Below, one piece after another: positions 24,774 to 37,437 of a stretch of DNA of 64,000 nucleotides. The stretch is taken from NCBI GenBank assembly GCA_035221665.1, contig JAVHYY010000119.1, positions 1 to 64,000 of the forward strand. The letters are read 5' to 3'. Each line of letters starts with the position of its first letter. Within the stretch, counting starts at the first letter, position 1. Under the pieces are notes generated by a model. The model was not told the DNA's origin. It did not search any database and saw only the letters and a list, made by a program, of their open reading frames with translations. The position numbers and the translations under genes were made by a program. The DNA is from Okamejei kenojei (lineage: Eukaryota).

Positions 24774-24880
24774 CGTTCACAGACTTGGTGATAAAATCCT
24801 CGGGAACAAGTCGGATGGAAGGTGATGGAGTGGAGCTAGTGACTAGGCATGAATGTCACCAACCAACACACCCTGCTTGA
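24774..24880 (-). other. Candidate non-coding first exon of the Siglec-like gene (5' boundary approximate)
   Basis: Unique non-repeat island ending in the donor-like ACG|GTACGG. The leader exon has its own acceptor, so an upstream UTR exon is required. Confidence 0.45.
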
Positions 24881-24910
24881 ACCACATCGAAGATACGGCA
24901 AATAAAAGCC

Positions 24911-24923
24911 ACTTTCACTTTCC
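24911..24923 (-). promoter_or_regulatory. ISRE/IRF (also PRDM1-type) element GGAAAGTGAAAGT
   Basis: Exact GAAANNGAAA match in unique sequence, about 140 bp upstream of the candidate first-exon donor. Confidence 0.6.
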
Positions 24924-25245
24924 CTAAAGAAAGAGGAGGTTTTTTTACTTGTACAACCCCCCCCCCCCCCCTCCCAACTGCCCAGGGCGTCACTGTGGCG
25001 CAGCAGGTAGAGCTGCTGCCTCACGCCGCCAGAGACCCGGGTTCCATCCCAACCACGAGTGCTGTCTGTACGGAGTTTGCACGTTCTCCCTGTGACCCAC
25101 GTGGGTTTTCTCCGGGTGCTCTGGTTTATAGAAACATAGAAAATAGGTGCAGGAGGAGGCCAGTTGTGGTTTCCTCCCACACTCCAAAGACGTACGGGTT
25201 TGTAGGTTAATTGGTTTAAGTAAAAATTGTAAATTGTACCCTAAT

Positions 25246-25297
<52 letters not shown>

Positions 25298-28200
25298 TAG
25301 TGTTAGTGTGCGGGGTCGCTGGTCGGCACGGGCTCGGTGGGCCGAAGGGCCTGTTTCAACGCTGTATCTCTCAACTAAACACAGAAATAGTGTGTGAACC
25401 GGCGATCGTTGGTCGGCACGGTGGGCTGAAGGGCCAATTTCCGCGCTGTATCTCTCAACTAAACACAGAACTAGTGTGTGAACGGGCAATCGCTGGTCGG
25501 CACGGACTTGGTCGGCCGAAGGGCCTGTTCAGCGCTGTATCTCTAAAGTCTAAAGCTACAGTTGCTCTCTAGAAAGCAAAATGTTGGGAATTATTTTTTT
25601 GTTTACGTGGCTGTTTGCTATATATTCAGTTCCCCTTTATCTTGTAGAAACCTCCTACATGAGTAATAGACTTCACAAACCCTGAACCATGTCTTAACAC
25701 CAAGTTCGAAAGCATTCATAAATTCTAGCAGGAGAATTAGGCCATTCAGCCCATCGAGTCCACTCCGCATTTCAATCATGGCTGATCTATCTCTCCCTCC
25801 GAACCCCATTCTCCTGCCTTCTCCCCATTACCCCCGACACCAGTACTAATCAAGAACCGATCTCCTGGTGACTCAGCACTTCAGCTCCCAATCCCATTCC
25901 CAATTGAACCTTTCTGTGCTGGGCCTCCTCCATGGCCAGAGTGAGTCCCACCGCAAATTGGAGGAGCAGTACCTCATATTTCGCTTGGGCAGTTTACACC
26001 AGAGCGGTATGAACATTGACTTCTCCAATGTCAGGTAGTCCCTGCTTTCTCCCTCCTTCCCCTCCCTTTCCCAGCTCTCCCACAGCCCACTGTCTCTGCC
26101 TCTTCCTTTCTTCTTCCCGTCCCCCCCCACATCACTCTGAAGAAAGGTCTCGACCCGAAACGCCGCCTATTCCTTCGCTCCATAGATGCTGCCTCACCTG
26201 CTCAGTTTCTCCAGCATTTTTGTCTACGTCCGATTTTTCCAGCATCTGGAGTTCTTTCTTAAACAAGAATCTATCTATGCCTTAAAAATATCCACTGACT
26301 TGTGGCCTCCACCGCCGTCTGTGGCAAAAATCCCACAGATTCACCACCCTCTGGCTAAAGAAATTCCTCCTCATCTCATTCCGATAGGAACGTCCTTTAA
26401 TTCTGAGGCTGTGCCCTCTGGTCCTAGACTCTCTCACTAGTGGAAACATCCTCTCCACATCCACTCTATCCGGGCCTTTCACTATTAGGTGACTTTCATT
26501 CAGGTCCACGAGATATGAAACGTTTTTTCTAACTCACCGACCGATGTTGACTCGGGTTTCCGAAGATGTCTCGTTCTCCCGACTGGATTCATCCCAGATC
26601 TCTATGTTGCAGTTGGATCGGCACAGCGGGTAGAGCTACTGCCTCACAGCACCGGAGACCCGGGTGCCATCCCGACCACGGGTGCTGTCTGTACGGAGTT
26701 TGTGCGTTCTCACCGTGACCTGCGTTGGTTTTCTCCGAGCGCTCCGGTTTCCTCCTACACTCCAAAGACGTGCGGGCTTTGTAGGTTAATTGGCTTCGGT
26801 AAAGATTGTAAATAGTCCCCTAGTGTGTGTGTGTGTGTAGGATAATGTTAGTGTGCAGGAATCGCTGGTCAGCGCGGACTCAGTGGGCTGAAGGGCCTGT
26901 TTCCGTGCTGTATCTCTAAACTAAACACAGAACTAGTGTGCGATCGGTCGATCGTTGGTTGGCGCGGACTCGGTGGGCCGAAGGGCCTGTTTCCGTGCTG
27001 GATTTCAGGGTAAACTGCACTGAACTTAACTAAACTAGATCTTATGGGAAGTTGTGATATGGGAACTGGTTAGCGTGTGTGTGTGGGGGTGCGGGTGGGG
27101 AAGCTTCAGAACGATATCTTGCAGGGGTGAAACTCTTCTGCAGAGAAGGAAGTCATCTCTGGGTTCAGATGAAATCACTTTATATCTCAGAACAACACAA
27201 ACCAAATGTAGATAAGATAACAGCCAGCCCTTACAAGGCTATGACACGTCTTGTGTAACATTTTCCACACACTTTAGTGGTAAACAAGTCTACAAAACGC
27301 TTCGCTAACTCAAACTGCACCTCACGCTGCCTCGGCAAGGCTAGCAGTATAATCGCGGACCAGTCTCACCCCCGGTCACTCCCTCTCCTGCCCTAACAAG
27401 GTTAATTCCCGGGATTGCGGGACTGTCACATGCTGAGAGATTGGAGTGGCTGGGCTTGTATACTCTGGAGTTTAGAAAGATGAGAGGGGGTCTTATTGAA
27501 GCATATAAGATTATTAAGTGTTTGGACACGCTAGAGGCAGGAAACATGTTCCCGACGTTGGGGGAGTCCAGAACCAGGGCCACAGTTTAAGAATAAGTGG
27601 TCGGCCATTTAGAACGGAGGCGAAGAAATACTTTTTCTCACAGAGAGTTGTGAGTCTGTGGAATTCTCTGCCTCAGAGGGAGGTGGAGGCCGGTTCTCTG
27701 GATACTTTCAAGAGACAGCTAGATAGTTCTCTTAAAGGTAGCGGAGTCAGGGGATATGGGGAGAAGGCAGGAACGGGGTACTGATTGAGGATGATCAGCC
27801 ATGATTGCATTTAATTGCGATGCTGGCTCAAAGGGCCGAATGGCCTACTCCTGCACCTATTGTCTATTGTCTCTCCCGTCGGGCAAGAGGTACTGAACCG
27901 TCCACTCACCAACTAGTGAGCCGTCCTTACCTCCCATCTACCTCATTGGAGACCCTCGGACTATCTTTGATCGGACGTTACTGGGCTTACTGGACGTTAA
28001 TTTATCCACTGACTTGTGTCCTCCACAGCCTTCTGGAGCAGATTTAGGCCATTCGGCCCATCAAGTCTACTCTGACATTCACTCACGGCTGATCTATCTC
28101 TCCCTCCTAACCCCATCTCCTGCCTTCTCCCCATAACCCCTGACACCCGTACTAATCAAGAATCTATCAATCTATCTCTGCCTTAAAAATATCCACTGAC

Positions 28201-31200
28201 TTGTGGCCTCCACCGCCATCTGTGGCAAAGAATCCCACAGATTCACCACCCTCTGGCAAAATAAATTCCTCCTTATCCCCTTCCTAAAGGAACGTCCTTT
28301 AATTCTGAGGCTGTGCCCACAGGTCCTAGACTCTCCCACTAGTGGAAACATCCTCTCCACATCCACTCCATCCAGGCCTTTCACTATTCTGTACGTTTCA
28401 ATAAGGTCCCCCCCCCCCCCCCCCACTCATTCTTCTAAACTTCAGCAAGTACAGGCCCATACTCCAAGGGACATGAAGGGCCGAATGGCCTGTTTCTGCT
28501 CTGTATCTCCGAACTAACATGAACTGAACCAAACTAAATTTTTTTCCTATAACACAGTGCCCAGAACTGAACATAATACTTTAAATGTGGCCTCACCAAC
28601 ATCTTTACCTTGCACTAAACGTTATTCCCCTTATCTGTATCACTGTGGACGGCTCGATTGTAATCATGTACAGTCACTCTGCTGACTGGTTAGCACGCAA
28701 CAAAAAAGCTTTTCACTGTACCTCGGTACACGTGACAATAAACTAAACCAAACTAAACTACCCGAGGCGCTGCTGCACTCCATGGGCTGCACTACGTCGG
28801 GGACGGGCGAGGCGGGGCCGGATGCGGCTCTCCGACCTGACAGTCCCCTCGACCCGAGTAGTAGCAGTCAAATACGGGACAAGGGCGGTCCCGTACAGGA
28901 CAAACCAATTCATAGACCAATGTACGGGATGTCCCGGCTAATACAGGACAGTTGGCAAGCCAAGTGGAAACAGACCCTTCAGACCACCTTGCCCACACCG
29001 GCCAACATACCCCATCTATACTAGTCCCACAGTAGTCCCACTGAAGATAGACACAAAAAGCTGTAGTAACTCAGCGGGACAAGCAGCATCTCTGGAGAGA
29101 AGGAATGGGTGGCGATTCGGGTCGAGACCCTACTTCATACTTGCATATCTTTCATTCATTGTTCTTTATCTCTCCACATCACCGTCTGTATCTCTCATTT
29201 CCCTTATGCATAACCAGTCTCAAGAAGGGTCTCGACCCGAAGCGTCACCCATTACTTCTCTCCAGAGATTCTGCCTGTCCCTCTGTGTTACTCCAGCACT
29301 TTGTACCTGTCCATGTTCTTCAGAGATGCTGCCTGTCCCGCTGATTTACTCCAGCTTTTTGTGTGTATCCCAGTAGCAGTCTAACTGTTTCTTAAACGTT
29401 GGGATAGTCACTGCCTCAACTACCTCCTCCCACAGCTCGTTCCATACACCCACCACCCTCTGTGTGGAAAAAGTTACCCCTCAGATTCCTATCTTTTCCC
29501 CTTCATCTTGAACCTGGTCCTTGATTCCCCTACTCTGGGCAAGAGACGCTGTGCGTCTACCCGATCTATTCTTCTCATGATTTTATAAGATCTCCCCTCA
29601 TCCTCCTGCGCTCCAAGGGATAGAGACCCATCCTGCGTCAACCTCTCCCTGTAGCTCAGGCCCCTCGAGTCAAATATGGGACAAGGGCGGTCCCGTTCGG
29701 GCCAAACCAATTTAGAGGCCAATGTACGGGATGTCCCGGCAACCCTAATCACGGCTCACTAAAAGCTCGTCAACAAAACATTTATAACTTTCTTCAGACA
29801 ACAGAGAATCTCGGAGGAAACCTGGCTCAAAGGCTCAGTGAACACACTTCCTCCCAGCGTCAGATACAAAACAGACACAACATGCTGGAGTAACTCATAG
29901 AGCCATAATCTTAGAGTCATAGAGTGATACAGCTTGGAAACAGACCCTTCAGCCCAACCTGCCCACACCGGCCAACATGTCCCATCTATACTAGTCCCAC
30001 CTGCCCGCGTTTAGCCCATATCCCTCCAAACCTATCCTATCCATGTACCTGTCCAACTATTTCTTAAACGTTGGGATAGTCCCAGCCTCAACTACCTCCT
30101 CCGGCTGCTCGTTCCATACACCCACACTCTCGTCCCATACACCCAGTGTGGAAAAGTTACCCCTCAGTTTCCTATTAAATCTTTTCCCCTTCACCTTGAA
30201 CCCATGTTCTATGGTCCTGGATTCCCCTACTCTGGGCAAGACACTCTGTGCGTCTACCCGATCTATTCCTCTCATGATTTTGTACACCTCTATAAGATCA
30301 CCCCTCATCCTCCTGCACTCCAAGGAATAGAGTCCCAGCCCTGCTCAAGGAAATGGAAACAAGTAACTGCAGATGTTGGTTTACCAAAAAAGAGACATAA
30401 AGTGCTGGAGTAACTCAGCGGGTCAGGCAACATCTCTGGAGAACGTGGACAGATACAAAGTGCTGGAGTAATTCAGTGGGTCAGGCTGCATCTCTGTGGA
30501 GAACGTGGACAGGTACAAAGTGCTGGAGTAACTCAGCGGGTCAGGCAGCATCTCTGGAGAACGTGGACATTCTCATCAGGTCTCCTGTCAGCCTCCGATG
30601 CTCCAGAGAAAATAATCCATTTGTTCAACAACGGTTAGATGCCTCGGTCACCATTCAAATAATTGTCTACCTTCCTGTTTTTTCCACCAAAGTGGACACC
30701 TCCAGATTCAGGGAAAGCACACCTCCAGATTCAGGGACAGTTTCTCCCCGGCTGCCCAACGTGTCATGGGCCGTCACAGTGGCGCAGCGGGTAGAGCTGC
30801 TGCCTGACAGCTCCAGAGACCCGAGTTCCATACCGACCACGGGTGGTATCTGTATGGAGTTTGCACGTTCTCCGCCTGACTTATGTGGGTTTTCTCCAGG
30901 CGCTCCGGTTTCCTACCACACTCCAAAGACGTGCGGGTTTGTAGGTTAATTGGATTTGGTNNNNNNNNNNNNNNNNNNNNNNNNNNNNNNNNNNNNNNNN
31001 NNNNNNNNNNNNNNNNNNNNNNNNNNNNNNNNNNNNNNNNNNNNNNNNNNNNNNNNNNNNNNNNNNNNNNNNNNNNNNNNNNNNNNNNNNNNNNNNNNNN
31101 NNNNNNNNNNNNNNNNNNNNNNNNNNNNNNNNNNNNNNNNNGATCGCTGGTAGGCCCGGACTCAGTGGGCCGAAGGCCCAGTTTCCGCTCTGTGGGCTAA

Positions 31201-33165
31201 AGGGCCTGTTTCCACGCTATATCTCTAATCTAAACACAGAACTATTGTGTGAACGTGCGATCGCTGGTCGGCACGTACTCGGTGGGCCGAAGGACCTGTT
31301 TCTTCGCTGTATCTCTAAACTAAACACAGAATTAGTGTGTGAGCGGGCGAACGCTGGTCGGCACGGACTCGGTGGGCTGAAGGGCCTGTTTCTGCGCTGT
31401 ATCTCTAAACTGAACACGGGACTAGTATGTGAACGGGCCATCGTTGCTTGGCGTGGACTCAGTGGGCCGAAGGGCCTGTTACCGCTCTGTATCTCTAAAC
31501 TGAACCAAGCTCTGCGGGCGTGCTAGATTGTAATCATGTACAGTCTTTCCGATGGCTGGTTAGCACGCAGTTAAAAATAGTTTTTACTGTAACTCGGTGC
31601 ATGTGACAACAAACTAAACTAGATTTAATGTTCGTGCCAAGGGACTTGCAATGTTCAAGCACTTTCACTTCACGTCCATCTGTTCATGTTTGAAGTCTTC
31701 TCACACAATTTGTGGTCTGTCGCTGGTTCCTGCTTGTGAGGGGAGTTGGAGAGTAAAATAGAACTGATTGATGAAACAACTGCCATCTTTTACCAGGATG
31801 TTTATCAGTGACAGGAGCAGAATCAGGCCATTCGGTCCATCAAGTCAACTCTGCCATTTGATCTCCTTTCGAACCCCATTCTCTCCCTCCCTCTCTCCCT
31901 CCCTTTCTCTCCCTCCTTTCTCTCCCTCCCTCCCTCACCCTCTCTCTCCCCCCCCTCCCTCCTAACCACCATAGTTGATTAGCGATACTCAGCATGGTTT
32001 ATGTTCCATTTAGTTTAGAGATACAGCACGGAAACAGGCCCTTCGGCCCACGGAGTCCGCGCCAACCAGCGATCGCCCATTCACACACTAGTTCTGTGTT
32101 GTTTAGAGATACAGCACGGAAATAGGACCTTCGGCCCACTGAGTCCGTGCTGACCAGCGATCACCCGTTCACACACTAGTTTTGTGTTTAGTTTAGAGAT
32201 ACAGCGTGGAAAGTCGTCAGATTTATTCGTCACATACACAATGAAGTGCAGTGAAATGAACTTGCCAGCAGCGGTACAATAAAAAAAAGAATACACAATA
32301 CACAATAAAAAATAGACTGTAGACTTTGTAGCCCAGGGTACTTCAGTAGTTTAGGTGAGTTGAATTTATTGTCCTGTGTGCAGTGAAAAGCTTCTTTGTT
32401 GCGTGCTAACCAGTCAGCGGAAAGACTGTACATGATTACAATCGAGCCGTCCACAGTGTACAGATACAGGATAAAGGGAATAACGTATAGTGCAAGGCAA
32501 AGTCCGATGAAAGGTAGTCCGAGAGTTTCCAATGAGGTAGGTAGTAGTTCAGGACAGCTCTCTAGTTGGTGAGAGGACGGTTCAATTCCCTGATAACAGC
32601 CGGGAAGAAACTGTCCCTGAATCTGGAGGTGTGCGTACGTTTTCACACTTCTGTACCTCTTGCCCGATGGTAGAGGGGAGGAGAGGGAGTGACCGGGGGC
32701 GAGACTGGTCCTTGATTATGCTGCTGGTTTTGTCGAGGCAGCGTGAGGTGTGGATGGAGGCGATGGAAGGGAGGTTGGATTATGTGCGTGATGGTCTGGG
32801 CTGCGTCCGCAACACTCTGTCTTGGATGGAGCTGTTCTCAAAACGGACTCTGATATCATCACCGATCTATCATGACCCAATTACAATGAATCTACACCCA
32901 AGAAGCCACACCAATACCTCGACATCCCATAGAGGTTTAGTACCTCTTTAGTGGCGTTTACAAACTTCCACAGATGCACCAGAGAAAGCATATTGTCAGA
33001 CTGCATCACAGCTTGGTTTGGGAACACCGCCTAGAAACATGGAAAAAAGGTGCAGGAGTAGGCCATTTGGCCCTTTGAGCCAGCACCGCCATTCAATATG
33101 ATCATGGCTGATCATCCACAATCAGTACCCCATTCCTGCCTTCTCCCTATATCCCTTGATTCCTC

Positions 33166-35710
33166 TTGTAGGGTGTAAGTTGCAGCAGGAGTTAAAACTG
33201 GCATGTAACAAAGGTAATGCCACTGTGGTGATGGGGGATTTCAATATGCAGGTAGACTGGGAAAATCAGGTTGGTTCAGGACCCCAAGAAAGAGAGTTTG
33301 TAGAATGTCTCCGAGATGGATTCTTAGAGCAGCTTGTAATGGAGCCGACCAGAGAAAAGGCAATTCTGGATTTAATGTTGTCCAATGAACCAGATATGAT
33401 AAGAGAACTCAAGGTAAAGGAACTGCTTGGAGGTAGTAATCATAATATGATTAGTTTTAATCTGCAATTTGAGAAGGAGAACGTTAAATCGGAAGTGGCG
33501 GTGATGCAGTTGAACAAAGCGGACTATGGAGGCATGAGAGGGGAGCTGGCCAAAGTAGACTGGAAAGGGATCCTAGCAGGAATGATGGTGGCACAGCAAT
33601 GGCAGGAATTTCTGGGCATAATCCGGACGACGCAGGATCATTTCATTCCAAAAAGGAAGAAAGATTCTAAGGGGAGTAGGAGGCAACCGTGGCTGACAAG
33701 AGAAGTTAGGGATAGAATAAAAATAAAATAAACGATGTATAACACAGCAAAGAGTAGCCGGAAGCCGGAAGATTGGGAAACTTTCATAGGACAACAGAAG
33801 GAAACAAAACGGGCAATACGGGCTGAAAAGATGAAGTACGATGGGAAGCTGGCCAGGAATATAAAGAAGGACAGTAAAAGCTTCTTTGGATATGTTAAGG
33901 GAAAAAGAGTAGCAAAGTCAAATGTGGGTCCCTTGAAGGCAGACACGGGTGAAATTATTATGGGCAACAAGGAAATGGCAGAAGAGTTGAATAGGTACTT
34001 CGGATCCGTCTTCACCAAGGAGAACACAAACAATCTCCCAGATGTACTGGAGGACAGAGGATCTAAGGGGGTAGAGGAACTGAAATAAATTTTCATTAGG
34101 CGAGAAATAGTATTGGGAAGGCTAATGGGACTGAAGGATGATAAATCCCCTGGGCCTGATGGTCTGCATCCCAGGGTCCTCAGGGAGGTGGCTCTAGAAA
34201 TAGTGGACACAGTGGTGATCATTTTCCAATGTTCAATAGATTCAGGATCAGTTCCTGTGGATTGGAGGATAGCTAATGTTATCCCACTTTTCAAGAAAGG
34301 AGCGAGAGAGAAAACAGGGAATTACAGACCAGTTAGCCTGACTTCGGTGGTGGGAAAGATGCTCGAATCAATTATTAAAGAGATAATAATGGATCATTTG
34401 GATAGCAGTAAAAGGATTAGTCCAAGTCAACATGGATTTATGAAAGGGAAATCATGCTTGACTAATCTTCTGGAATTTTTTGAGGATGTGACAAGTAAAA
34501 TGGATGAAGGGGTGCCAGTGGATGTAGTGTATCTAGACTTTCAGAAAGCCTTTGATAAGGTCCCGCATCGGAGACTGGTGACTAAAATTAGAGCACATGG
34601 TGTTGGAGGTAGGGTGTTGACATGGATAGAAAATTGGTTGGCGGACCGGAAGCAAAGAGTAGGAGTGAACGGGTCCTTTTCAGAATGGCAGGCAGTGGTG
34701 AGTGGAGTGCCGCAAGGCTCGGTGTTGGGGCCGCAATTGTTTACCATATATATGATTTGGAAGAGGGAATTAGGAGCAACACTAGCAAGTTTACAGATGA
34801 CACAAAGCTGGGTGGCAGTGTGAACTGTGAAGAGGATGTTAGGAGGTTGCAGGGGGACCTGGACAGGTTGAGTGAGTGGGCAGATGCATGGCAGATGCAG
34901 TATAATATAGATAAATGTGAGGTTATCCACTTTGGCACAAAAACAAGGGGGCAGATTATTATCTCAATGGGGTTAGGTTAGGTAAGAGGGAGGTACAGCG
35001 AGACCTGGGTGTCCTTGTACACCAGTCACTGAAAGTTGGCATGCAGGTACAGCAGGCAGTGAAGAAAGCTATAGGAATTTTGGCCTTCATAACAAGAGGA
35101 TTTCAGTACAGGAGTAAAGAGGTACTTCTGCAGTTTTATAGGGCTCTGGTGAGACCACATCTGGAGTATTGTGTACAGTTTTGGTCTCCTAATTTGAGGA
35201 AGGACATCCTTGTGATTGAGGCAGTGCACGAGATTGATCCCTGGGATGGCGGGACTGTCATATGAGGAAAGATTGAAAAGACTAGGCTTGTAGTCACTGG
35301 AGTTTAGAAGGATGAGGGGGGATCTTATAGAAACATATAAAATTATAAAAGGACTGGACAAGCTAGATGCAGGAAAAATGTTCCCAATGTTGGGTGAGTC
35401 CAGAACCAGGGGGCACAGTCTTAGAATAAAGGGGAGGTTAATTAAGACTGAGCCGGAAAAAAACTTTTTTACCCAGAGAGTTGTGAATTTATGGAATTCC
35501 CTGCCACAGAGGGCAGTGGAGGCCAAATCACTGGATGGATTTAAGAGAGAGTTGGATGGAGCTCTAGGACCTAGTGGAGTCAAGGGATATGGGGAGAAGA
35601 CAGGCACGGGTTATTGACAGCGGACGATCAGCCATGATCATATTGAATGGCGGTGCTGGCTCGAAGGGCTGAATGGCCTCCTCCTACACCTATTGTCTAT
35701 GTTTCTATGA
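33166..35710 (+). mobile_element. CR1 LINE, 5'-truncated ORF2 (EN C-terminus + RT), decayed; duplication copy A
   Basis: VVMGDFN..PTREKAILDL; KSPGPDGLHP; [13 protein letters not shown]; [11 protein letters not shown]; short tandem tail. Confidence 0.92.
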
Positions 35711-37437
35711 AAACATACAGTGAATCGGCCTCCATTGCCTTCTGTGGCACATAATTCCACAGATTCTCAACTCCCTGGGTGGAAAAAGTTTTTCCTCATG
35801 TCAGTCCTCTATGGCCGACCCCTTATTCTTAAACAGTGTGTGGCCCCTGGTTCTGCATGCCCTCAACATCAGGAACATGTTTCCTGCCTCTAGCGTGTCC
35901 AATCGCTTAATAGTCTTATATGTTTCAATAAAATCCCCTCTCATCCTGCTAAACTCCTTAATGTACAAGCCAAGCAGCTATATTCTCTCAGCATATGACA
36001 GTCCCGCCATCCTGGGAATTAATCTGGTGAACCTATGCTGCACTCCCTCAATAGCAAGAATGTCCTTCCTCAAATTTGGAGACCAAAACTGCACATAATA
36101 CTCCAGGTGCGGTCTCACCAGTGCCCTGTACAACTGCAGTAGGACCTCTTTGCTCCTATACTCAAATCCTCTCGCTATGAAGGCCAACATGCCACTAGCT
36201 TTCTTCACTTTCTGCTGCACCTGGATGTTCACTTGTCAAGAGTCAAGAGTGTTTTATTGTCATATGTCTTGCTATTGAGGGAGTGCAGCATAGGTTTACC
36301 AGGTTAATTCCCAGGATGGTGGGACTGTCATATGCTGAGAGAATGGAGCGGCTGGGCTTGTACATGCTGGACTTCAGAAGGATGAGAGGGCATCTTATTG
36401 AAACATATAAGATTATTAAGGGTTTGGACATGCTAGAGGCAGGAAACATGTTCCCGATTTTGGGGGAGTCCAGAACCAGGGGCCACAGTTTAAGAATAAG
36501 GGGTCGGCCATTTAGAACGGAGACGAGGAAACACATTTTCACCCGGAGAGTTGCGAGTCTGTGGAATTCTCTGCCTGAGGGCAGTGGAGGCCGGTTCTCT
36601 GGATACTTTCAAGAGAGAGTTAGATAGGGCTCTTGAAGATAGCGGAGTCAGGGGATATGGGGAGCAGGCAGGAACAGGGTACTGATTGTGGTTGATAAGC
36701 CATGATCACATTGAATGGCGGTGCTGGCTGGAAGGGCTGAATGGCCTACTCCTGCACCTGTTGTCTATTGTCTATTGCCGGATGGGACAATTAAATTCTT
36801 ACTTGCGGCAGCACAACAGAATATGTGAATATGTAAACATATTACATAATGGGGGAAGAGAAAAAATGTTCAATAAATAACCAATATAGTGCAGTAATGA
36901 TAGTATTTTGCAGTTCAGAGCTCAGAGCTTATTTGTTGTTCTCTTTAATAGCCTGATCATTGACTGAAGTACAAGAACATTGCACTTCCCCATTTCCTAA
37001 TCTGACACCATTTAGATAATAATCTGCCTTCCTGTTTTTGCCACCAAAGTGGTCAACCTCACATTTATCTGCCCAACCTGTCCAAGTCATCCTCATCGCA
37101 GCTCACACTGCCACCCAGCTTTGTGCCATCCGCAAACCCAAACTCTTCACAAGATTCCCTTCCATCGCGTCCATCTACACTTCACGCTGCCTCGGCAAGG
37201 TCAGCAGCATAATCGCGGACCATCAAGAGATACAGAAGTGTGAAAAAGAATGCACACACCTCCTGATTCAGGGGCAGTTTCTTCCTGGCTGTTATCAGGC
37301 AACTGAACCATCCTACAGCAACTAGAGAGAGGTCCTGAACAATTATCTACCTCATTGGTGACTCGGAATACCTCGGAATATCCTTGATCGGCCTTTACCT
37401 TGCACTAAAGTGTAAGAACAATCCCAGGAATGCATGG

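Noticed and set aside
35720-36780. Opposite-orientation CR1 3' fragments as a functional hairpin or second inversion
   Set aside because: Two overlapping-region fragments separated by an unrelated tail sequence, which looks like independent insertions. No TSD or contiguous junction.
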